From positions 1 to 37,261 of IMG/VR virus record IMGVR_UViG_3300028416_000038: a stretch of DNA of 37,261 nt, one strand, 5' to 3'. The position numbers and the translations under genes are program-made. Below the pieces are notes generated by a model. That model had not been told where the DNA came from. It saw only the letters and a program-made list of their open reading frames with translations, and searched no databases. Positions 27,462 to 34,348 of this stretch are shown here, in pieces (position 1 is the first letter of the stretch; each line of letters starts with the position of its first letter). The stretch is from a virus. Its lineage: Duplodnaviria; Caudoviricetes.

Positions 27462-27698
27462 GTGAATAGGAATATAGTAAATGATTTTTATTATATGGCT
27501 CTCCAAGATTTATCTGAAGGGGCTTCTATAGACGATTTAGAAAAAGCGATCGCCTACTACGAGGCCCTAGAAGATTACGAAGCCTGCGAAGGTATTCTTA
27601 GAGCAATTAAAGAAGTAAAAGAAAGTACTATTAACTCAATAAAACTTAAAATAAATGAAATTAGAGAAAATACTAAAAATAGTAGAAGAGGAGACTAA
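27462..27698 (+). CDS. Hypothetical protein
   Basis: 78 aa with a YE..EDYEAC.GI helical motif; GTG start. Confidence 0.65.
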   Translation: MNRNIVNDFYYMALQDLSEGASIDDLEKAIAYYEALEDYEACEGILRAIKEVKESTINSIKLKINEIRENTKNSRRGD

Positions 27699-28068
27699 GA
27701 TAGATCTCACTAGTAAGAACCGAAGAAGAGAACTTGTATACTCCAGAGCTATATACTATAAGTTAGCTAGAGTACATAGTAGAGACTCGTTATCTAAAAT
27801 AGCTGGTATAGTAGGCAGAGATCATGCTACGGCCCTACATGGTCTTAAAGTATTTGATTACCAAATAAGCGTTTACGAAGATGCCCAAGAATATTTTAAG
27901 ATATACCAAAAGCTAGACCTAATTATAAGAAGGACAGAGGGAACTAGAGACAGAGATAGAAATCCAGCGGCTTATTATAGAAGTAAATTTGCTAAGGTAT
28001 TACTTGAGCTAAGAGAAGAAAGAAAAGAGAAGAGACTCCTAAAAAACCAATTACTGATTAACAGTTAA
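27655..28068 (+). CDS. DnaA domain IV-like helix-turn-helix protein
   Basis: R.RE.V..R...Y.L.R....SL..I....GRDHAT.LH matches the DnaA C-terminal signature. Confidence 0.8.
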   Translation: MKLEKILKIVEEETKIDLTSKNRRRELVYSRAIYYKLARVHSRDSLSKIAGIVGRDHATALHGLKVFDYQISVYEDAQEYFKIYQKLDLIIRRTEGTRDRDRNPAAYYRSKFAKVLLELREERKEKRLLKNQLLINS

Positions 28069-28083
28069 CCCTTTTTTTTATTA
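28059..28083 (+). promoter_or_regulatory. Late-promoter-like motif TAACA-N14-TTATTA
   Basis: Same motif, upstream of the small terminase (30 nt before ATG 28114). Confidence 0.7.
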
Positions 28084-28113
28084 TATAATTAATAATAATG
28101 TTTTTTAATTCTA

Positions 28114-28353
28114 ATGGACGGACGTAAAAATAACGGAGGGCATAAAACTGCAGGACGTAAATCTAAAGCAGAAGAGATAGCTTTAGTAGAGAAGTTAGGC
28201 CCGTTAGAACCTTTAGCTTTTGAAGCTCTTCAACAAGGATTAAAGAATAAAGACTTTAAATTCGTACAGTTATTTTATAACTACTACGCAGGAAAACCTA
28301 GAGAGACTAAGGATATAAATATATCTGAGGACGTACCTCTATTTATGGATTAA
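28114..28353 (+). CDS. terS: Terminase small subunit (putative)
   Basis: 79 aa with GG....GRK N-terminus and GKP motif; directly upstream of the large terminase. Confidence 0.65.
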   Translation: MDGRKNNGGHKTAGRKSKAEEIALVEKLGPLEPLAFEALQQGLKNKDFKFVQLFYNYYAGKPRETKDINISEDVPLFMD

Positions 28354-28383
28354 GAGATAACCTAAGCTCTTATCTGTACTTAT

Positions 28384-29553
28384 ATGCGGATAAAGAAAAC
28401 CCCAGCTTTTTATAAACTAAGAGAATTAACCCAAAGAACGAAAGTCGTTAAAGGGGGAACCTCTGCAGGAAAAACTATCTGTATACTAGCTATACTAATT
28501 AACGAAGCAATTACTCAAGAAGGAAAAGAGATAAGCGTAGTAGCTGAGTCTATTCCTAGTATTAAGCGGGGAGCTATGAAGGATTTTTTAAATATCCTAA
28601 AAGGTCTTAATAGATATAAAGAAAACCAGTTTAACCGCAGTAACTTAAAATATACTTTTACCAATGGAAGTTATATCGAGTTTTTTTCTACGGATCAACC
28701 AGACCGACTTAGAGGTAGTCGCCGTACCGATCTCTTTATTAATGAGTGTAATAATATTTCTTTTTCTGCTTTCTCGGAACTCCAAATAAGAACCTCTGGG
28801 AGTATCTGGTTAGATTATAACCCTTCGCATGCTTTCTGGGTAGATAAAGAAATAATAGGAGAGCCAGACGTAGACTATATAACTCTTACCTATAAAGATA
28901 ACGACGCACTAGCAGAGTCTATAATAAAAGAAATAGAAAAGGCTAGAGAAAAAGCTAAGACCTCAACTTTTTGGTCCAACTGGTGGAGAGTCTACGGTCT
29001 TGGAGAGCAGGGATCTCTTTCTGGGGCATGTATACCAGACTGGAGAGAAATAGATAATATACCAGAAGAAGCTAGGCTTATAGGCTACGGTATGGACTTC
29101 GGTTATTCTGTAGATCCTACTACTCTAATAGGATTATATAAGTGGAACGAAGCTTATATATTCGACGAAGTTCTATATAAGAAAGGAATGTTAAATAGAG
29201 ATATAAGTCTTTACTTACAAAGTAATAACATTAAAGAAAATATTACGGCCGATTCTGCAGAGCCTAAGAGTATCGCAGAATTGGTAAGCTACGGCCATAA
29301 CGTCTTTCCAGTATCTAAAGGAAGAGACTCCGTAGTATATGGTATAAATCTAATAAACCAAAACGAGATATATATAACTTCAAGAAGTAAGAACTTAAAG
29401 CGAGAGCTAGAGGGTTACGTTTGGGCCAAAGATAAAGACGGTAATACGTTACAAAAGCCAAGCGGAGCGCACCCAGACTGTATAGATGCGGCTAGATATA
29501 TTCTTACCGATACTCTAGAGAACCCAAACAAGGGGGAATATTTTATTTACTAA
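28384..29553 (+). CDS. terL: Terminase large subunit (PBSX/SPP1-like)
   Basis: Walker A GGTSAGKT, LRG, Walker B LFINE, DYNP, nuclease GMDFG, DSAEP and D..DAARY motifs. Confidence 0.93.
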   Translation: MRIKKTPAFYKLRELTQRTKVVKGGTSAGKTICILAILINEAITQEGKEISVVAESIPSIKRGAMKDFLNILKGLNRYKENQFNRSNLKYTFTNGSYIEFFSTDQPDRLRGSRRTDLFINECNNISFSAFSELQIRTSGSIWLDYNPSHAFWVDKEIIGEPDVDYITLTYKDNDALAESIIKEIEKAREKAKTSTFWSNWWRVYGLGEQGSLSGACIPDWREIDNIPEEARLIGYGMDFGYSVDPTTLIGLYKWNEAYIFDEVLYKKGMLNRDISLYLQSNNIKENITADSAEPKSIAELVSYGHNVFPVSKGRDSVVYGINLINQNEIYITSRSKNLKRELEGYVWAKDKDGNTLQKPSGAHPDCIDAARYILTDTLENPNKGEYFIY

Positions 29554-29585
29554 TTTGGAATATTAATAAAATGTTTATATATTCG
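29554..29585 (+). promoter_or_regulatory. Bacteroidota-type promoter TTTG-N20-TATATTCG
   Basis: -33 TTTG at 29554-29557, 20-nt spacer, and a -7 box with one mismatch at 29578-29585. Confidence 0.65.
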
Positions 29586-29604
29586 AACTATAAAACTAAT
29601 AATT

Positions 29605-29805
29605 ATGAAAAATTACAGAGAAATTAATACCGAAAATTGGAGGACCGATTTTAGTACTGAGTACTATTTAATTAGGAAGGCTACTTCTAGAGAACTTAGA
29701 AGAAATACCTTAAAGATTATAGGCCAAGCTGCGCTATTTGTAGCGTTAAGTTTTGTCTTTATGTACGCTGCCTTAGACTTTTTACTTTGGATTTGGTATG
29801 CGTGA
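29605..29805 (+). CDS. Small membrane protein
   Basis: 66 aa with a C-terminal TM segment. Confidence 0.7.
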   Translation: MKNYREINTENWRTDFSTEYYLIRKATSRELRRNTLKIIGQAALFVALSFVFMYAALDFLLWIWYA

Positions 29806-30028
29806 TCTTAGCTCTTCTTGGTGCATTAATAACGGTATAACTATATACCCTATTATCTGGAGAGAGGCTAATCCAGAAAATCCTCCTCGTTTAGCTATTC
29901 AAGTAAACTATCAAGGGTTTAAAAGAACTGGAGATATGATCTGGAGCCAAAGGAATAAAAAAGAAAAATTAGCCATGTACGAAAGAATAGCAGACCTCTA
30001 TAAATATTATTATAATAGAGATAAATAA
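29798..30028 (+). CDS. Hypothetical protein
   Basis: 76 aa with WCI.NGI.IYP and a C-terminal LY.YYY motif. Confidence 0.7.
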   Translation: MRDLSSSWCINNGITIYPIIWREANPENPPRLAIQVNYQGFKRTGDMIWSQRNKKEKLAMYERIADLYKYYYNRDK

Positions 30029-30060
30029 CTTTGTTTGATTTGTTTTAGTTTAATTAGTTA

Positions 30061-30090
30061 GGAGTCGTAGAAATACGGCTCTTTTCTTTT
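30061..30090 (+). terminator. Rho-independent terminator
   Basis: GAGTCGTA-GAAA-TACGGCTC followed by TTTTCTTTT. Confidence 0.85.
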
Positions 30091-30115
30091 ATACATATTT
30101 AGGAATAAGTTATTA
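30091..30115 (+). promoter_or_regulatory. Late-promoter-like motif ATACA-N14-TTATTA
   Basis: Variant sixth copy right after the terminator; 8 nt before ATG 30124. Confidence 0.7.
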
Positions 30116-30123
30116 TATAATAT

Positions 30124-30786
30124 ATGAAGTTAGAAGTAAACGTACCCGAAAGTCTTAACGAGATAACCCTAGAGCAATACCAGCGATTCGATAAGATAAA
30201 TACTGAGGAAAACCAAGACTCGAATTTCTTACTCCACAAAACAGTAGAGATCTTCTGCGGACTAGAGCTTAAAGATATAGCGAGTATAAGAGTTACTAGT
30301 ATAAAAGAAATACTGGGAGATATAGATAAGATCTTCGCAGAGAAAACAGATTTAGTTCCTACGTTTACTTTAGGCGGTATAGAGTACGGATTTATTCCTA
30401 AGCTTGACGATATGACTATAGGGGAGTTTATAGATCTAGACGAAAACCTTACGGAGTGGGAAACAATCCATAAAGCTATGGCAGTTCTATATAGACCTAT
30501 TAACTATAAAAAAGACGGTAAATATCTTATAGAAGAGTATACGGGCCTAGATAACGCTGAGGTATTTAAGAAAATGCCAGTAGGTATAGCGATGGGAGCT
30601 ATGGTTTTTTTTTACCGTTTAAACAACGAATTACTAGAAATTATCCTGAATTATTTGAAGCAGGAGGCTCCGAACCAAATGAATACGGAAGCATTAGTAG
30701 CTTTGGAAAGAAGTGGGGCTGGTTCCAGTCAATTTATGGACTCGCTAAGGGGGATGCTACCCGTTTCGATGACGTTACCAGATTAA
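30124..30786 (+). CDS. Tail assembly chaperone (gpG-like, 0-frame product)
   Basis: 220 aa acidic protein containing a slippery GTT TTT TTT TAC run at 30604-30615. Confidence 0.7.
   Translation: MKLEVNVPESLNEITLEQYQRFDKINTEENQDSNFLLHKTVEIFCGLELKDIASIRVTSIKEILGDIDKIFAEKTDLVPTFTLGGIEYGFIPKLDDMTIGEFIDLDENLTEWETIHKAMAVLYRPINYKKDGKYLIEEYTGLDNAEVFKKMPVGIAMGAMVFFYRLNNELLEIILNYLKQEAPNQMNTEALVALERSGAGSSQFMDSLRGMLPVSMTLPD
30604..30615 (+). other. Programmed -1 ribosomal frameshift site (T TTT TTT)
   Basis: T9 run giving an X XXY YYZ heptamer at 30606-30612. The -1 frame is open for 86 codons to TGA 30870-30872. Confidence 0.8.
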
Positions 30787-30872
30787 ATATGCATCAAGCT
30801 TTATTATTTTTAGCCTTCGAAAAAGAAAAGATAGAATTAGAAAAGAAACAGTTAGAAAAATTTAAGAAATGA
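30612..30872 (+). CDS. -1 frame extension (gpGT-like C-terminus), not in the ORF track
   Basis: LPFKQRITRNYPELFEAGGSEPNEYGSISSFGKKWGWFQSIYGLAKGDATRFDDVTRLNMHQALLFLAFEKEK...KK*. Stop overlaps the next ATG. Confidence 0.8.
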   Translation, partial: LPFKQRITRNYPELFEAGGSEPNEYGSISSFGKKWGWFQSIYGLAKGDATRFDDVTRLNMHQALLFLAFEKEKIELEKKQLEKFKK

Positions 30873-31324
30873 AAGCCTTCTACGAATTAACAGATAAAAT
30901 AAAAGATACCTTAATAGCGGAACCTTTCGTTAATACGGTTACTTTCGGAAGCCTAGACGACGTAGATTTAAATAAGACTACTATCTTTCCTTTATCGCAT
31001 ATTATAGTAAATACCGCTACGGTAAATTCTAACTTTATTACGTTTAATATTAGCGTGCTTTCTATGGACGTAGTAGACGAAAGTAAAGAAGAAACTACAG
31101 ATAACTTTATAGGAAACGATAACGAGCAGGACGTACTTAATACTCAGCTAGCAATCCAAAATAGACTTATAGCTTTATTACAAAGAGGTACTTTATACCA
31201 AGATAAATACCAAGTAGAGGGAGCAGTTACTTGCGAGCCTTTCGTAGATAGATTCGAGAATAAGTTAGCAGGATGGGCCTCTACGTTAGATATACTAATT
31301 CAAAACGATATGACAGTATGCTAA
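30869..31324 (+). CDS. Putative tail terminator, copy B
   Basis: Differs from 111-566 at two residues (NKS/NKT, QDI/QDV). Confidence 0.55.
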   Translation: MKAFYELTDKIKDTLIAEPFVNTVTFGSLDDVDLNKTTIFPLSHIIVNTATVNSNFITFNISVLSMDVVDESKEETTDNFIGNDNEQDVLNTQLAIQNRLIALLQRGTLYQDKYQVEGAVTCEPFVDRFENKLAGWASTLDILIQNDMTVC

Positions 31325-31857
31325 CAAAGGGAGAAGGCAGAAAGTTCTTAGAAGAGTTTAGAGATAAAGTCGTAAGAGAGGCTAAGCATAATCTATCTAA
31401 GAAAAGAAAGAGGGTAAGTAAAAAGTTATACGAAAGTATAGACGGAGACTTTGAAGTTTTTGAAAATAGCTTTTCTCTTAGTTTTTCTATGGAAGAGTAC
31501 GGTCTATACCAAGACAAAGGGGTAAGCGGTACGGAAAGAAAATATAATACTCCTTACTCTTACTCTAGCAGCTCTAATTTAGTAGGACTAGAATACCATA
31601 CGGGCTTTTTATCTAAATGGGCTAGATTTAGAGGAATGCAGCCAAGACTAGGTAACGGTAAATTTGGTTCTTATAAAAGTATGGGATATATACTAGCCAG
31701 AAGTATAAAGAAGAAAGGTATTAAACCTAGCTTATTCTTTACTAAGCCCTTCGAGAAATACTTTAAGAAATTACCAGACGAACTTATAGAAAGATTTGGA
31801 TTAGACGTAGAAGATTTATTAGCGTTTTCGCTTAACGAAAAAAGATTAAGATCATGA
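31318..31857 (+). CDS. Putative neck / tail completion protein, copy B
   Basis: Homologue of 560-1099; the true start is 31318 by comparison with copy A. Confidence 0.55.
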   Translation: MLTKGEGRKFLEEFRDKVVREAKHNLSKKRKRVSKKLYESIDGDFEVFENSFSLSFSMEEYGLYQDKGVSGTERKYNTPYSYSSSSNLVGLEYHTGFLSKWARFRGMQPRLGNGKFGSYKSMGYILARSIKKKGIKPSLFFTKPFEKYFKKLPDELIERFGLDVEDLLAFSLNEKRLRS

Positions 31858-33362
31858 GTACTAAGATAAACGTAAGAAGCCCTTATTATTTAAGCTATAG
31901 CGAACCGCCAGAACCGCTACCAGAATTTAACTGTAGTTACGCTAATGCTCAAGGATTTGCGGTAGACGAAAGCGGAGCCATCTCTTTGCCTAGTTTAGAT
32001 TACGGCGGTATAGATTCCTATACTTCAGATGCGGCAGATTTTTCTAATGGATCTTTTGACGAAGTTAGCGGAGATACTTTAAGAACTTTAAAACTTACTA
32101 TTTTAGCTCCTACTGGCTTTAGTAATGAAGGAGATGGTATTATTTGCGAAGTTACGGCAACTCAGCCTTTAAAACCCGTAGACTGTCCTACTGTAGTAAG
32201 TCCTAGCGGATCTATTCCTAGTCAAGCTTTAAATACTGGAGGAAGTTCGGTAACGATAGACTACTCTAGTTATTTTACGGGTACTACTACAGATTTTACA
32301 GATATTCTTTTAAATTCTAATGGATCTTACTTAGACGTAAGTATAAATACTACAGACGAAGAAATTACTATTACTTCTAGAAGCGTCGCTGGGGTTTTTA
32401 GCTTCCAATTAGAAAGAATAGACGATAGTACTGGATGTAACGCAAAACAAACGATTACTACTACCCTTACTTCTTTAGCTACTTTTAATTGCACTACTGC
32501 TAATTTATTAGGAGGAGCAGTAGCTGCAGACGGAACCCTTACTACTCCTTCTTCTATAGGAACGGTTACCGCAACTAAAGAAACTAGCGGAGGATCTTCA
32601 GTTACAAGTATAGCCGCTAATAATTCTGGCTCAGATATAAGCGTTACTTTGTATTACGATGTATTAGTTCCTTCTGGCTATTCTAACTCTGGTTCAACGA
32701 TAGAATGCAACGTAACTTATACGCAAAAATCTAATATAATAGTGCCTACTTTTACTTGCTCGGACGTAGATTTAGACGACCAAGCCATTTTAGTCGACGG
32801 TAGCGTAACTGCAGGAGTCGCTAAATACTATGGGCCTAATGGAAGAGAATATCTAACTATAGAAAGTTTTACTCCTACTACTTTTCCAGAAGTAACTGAA
32901 GTAACTAGAAGAGATGTAACTTATACTATAGAGGTTCCAAGCGGATTTACTAATACTGGAAGTACTATAGACTGCGACGAAAGAATAAAACAACCCGCAG
33001 CACCTCCCCCAAACCCATGCGACCTAAAAATTAATGAATGGTATATAGGAGTATGGAGTAATGACAATTATACTACTTTTGACAAAAAAAACATTCCGAT
33101 TACTCAATACTTAATGTACGCAGAAGATGTACTAGCTCCAGACGGCTCATGGGAAGGTAAAACTCTCTGTACTGGCGCAAGTGGAGGAACGGGGGAGTTT
33201 AATGTAACTAACGGGAATCATACTTATATAAGAAAAACTAAAGGAACTTACGCAATATCTGCTGCTACACAGTTTGAATACGTTTTAGTTTTTGGAAGTG
33301 CTAACGCGATTAAAGCAGTTTATTTAAAAGACTGGAATACTAAACAATTAAGGAGATTATAA
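31854..33362 (+). CDS. Tail-associated repeat protein, copy B
   Basis: 502 aa allele of 1096-2604. Confidence 0.6.
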   Translation: MSTKINVRSPYYLSYSEPPEPLPEFNCSYANAQGFAVDESGAISLPSLDYGGIDSYTSDAADFSNGSFDEVSGDTLRTLKLTILAPTGFSNEGDGIICEVTATQPLKPVDCPTVVSPSGSIPSQALNTGGSSVTIDYSSYFTGTTTDFTDILLNSNGSYLDVSINTTDEEITITSRSVAGVFSFQLERIDDSTGCNAKQTITTTLTSLATFNCTTANLLGGAVAADGTLTTPSSIGTVTATKETSGGSSVTSIAANNSGSDISVTLYYDVLVPSGYSNSGSTIECNVTYTQKSNIIVPTFTCSDVDLDDQAILVDGSVTAGVAKYYGPNGREYLTIESFTPTTFPEVTEVTRRDVTYTIEVPSGFTNTGSTIDCDERIKQPAAPPPNPCDLKINEWYIGVWSNDNYTTFDKKNIPITQYLMYAEDVLAPDGSWEGKTLCTGASGGTGEFNVTNGNHTYIRKTKGTYAISAATQFEYVLVFGSANAIKAVYLKDWNTKQLRRL

Positions 33363-34348
33363 TGGCATTTGATAATATAGTTTTAGATATTTATATATAT
33401 ACTGGATTAGCCTCTAGTTATACTGCGACGGATAAAAAATATACTTTAAATAAGTCTTTAATTACTGGAGAGACTAAAATTAATTTCGAGATTGCAGAAT
33501 TAGTAAGAGATTATATTAATATAGAATTTAACGATAATTATTCTAGTTATGCAGTATGGGTAAGAACTGACGCTATTATAAGAGACGAAAACGATACCGA
33601 ATTTAGTTACGGAAGTCCAGAGTCGAATACCTATTTAGCTTTAGACGGGTTTGGATATTTTGAAGAAGGTATAAATCCAGAATTAGATAGGCACGCCTTA
33701 ATATCTACCTCAACTTTATATATTCCAGAAGGTACTATAGGTAAATTACCAATCTTTGCCGAAGGAGTAGGTAAGGTAGTAGTAGATAGTTCAGAAGCAC
33801 AAATAACAGATAACGGTAATACGAATCAAAAAATACAGTACTTAAATATACCCGCAGATAGTTCTATTATTAGAGTTTACGATACGGACGATACTACTCT
33901 TTTAAAAACGATAAATATAAATAACGTATGCGAACCTAAATTTACTCCTTATAAAGTAACTTTTGTAAATAAGTACGGAGCTTTTCAAGATTTATACTTC
34001 TTTAAAAAGACTACAGAAAGCTTTAACGTAACGGACGAAACTTTTAAGAGAAATATCTTCGAGAATAATAACGTAACCTACGATACTTATAGAGGCCAAA
34101 GAGAAAGGTATAATACTAACGCTAAAACTAAAATAAGTCTTAATACTGGATTCGTAAACGACGATTTTAATAGTGCGATAGAAGAACTCTTTTTATCGGA
34201 AAAAGTTTGGATTCGATGGAATAACCAAACGCTACCTATAATACCTTTAAGTAAAAATCTAGAATTAAAAACAAGCTTAAATAATAAATTATCTAACTAT
34301 ACGGTAGATTTCGAATTTGCATTTAATAAGATTAATAACGTAAGGTAA
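33362..34348 (+). CDS. Putative tail-tip protein, copy B
   Basis: 328 aa allele of 2604-3590. Confidence 0.55.
   Translation: MAFDNIVLDIYIYTGLASSYTATDKKYTLNKSLITGETKINFEIAELVRDYINIEFNDNYSSYAVWVRTDAIIRDENDTEFSYGSPESNTYLALDGFGYFEEGINPELDRHALISTSTLYIPEGTIGKLPIFAEGVGKVVVDSSEAQITDNGNTNQKIQYLNIPADSSIIRVYDTDDTTLLKTININNVCEPKFTPYKVTFVNKYGAFQDLYFFKKTTESFNVTDETFKRNIFENNNVTYDTYRGQRERYNTNAKTKISLNTGFVNDDFNSAIEELFLSEKVWIRWNNQTLPIIPLSKNLELKTSLNNKLSNYTVDFEFAFNKINNVR

Noticed and set aside
26666-28079. Possible long-range inverted repeat AAAAAAGGGGTTAA (26666) / TTAACCCTTTTTTTT (28065) flanking three genes
   Set aside because: Short, imperfect and low-complexity. The second half is the spacer of a late-promoter motif, and no transposase or recombinase is present.
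31273-31317. N-terminal extension of the copy B neck protein (194 aa in the track)
   Set aside because: The upstream ATG (31273, within GGA TGG) corresponds to CTG in copy A and comes from a synonymous change in the overlapping gene; the shared start is 31318.
523-31517. Minus-strand ORFs in the track (e.g. 523-759, 6935-7447, 10006-10320, 19438-19731, 26010-26360)
   Set aside because: All lie antisense to well-supported + strand genes and are low-complexity Ser/Leu/Phe-rich shadows without recognisable motifs.
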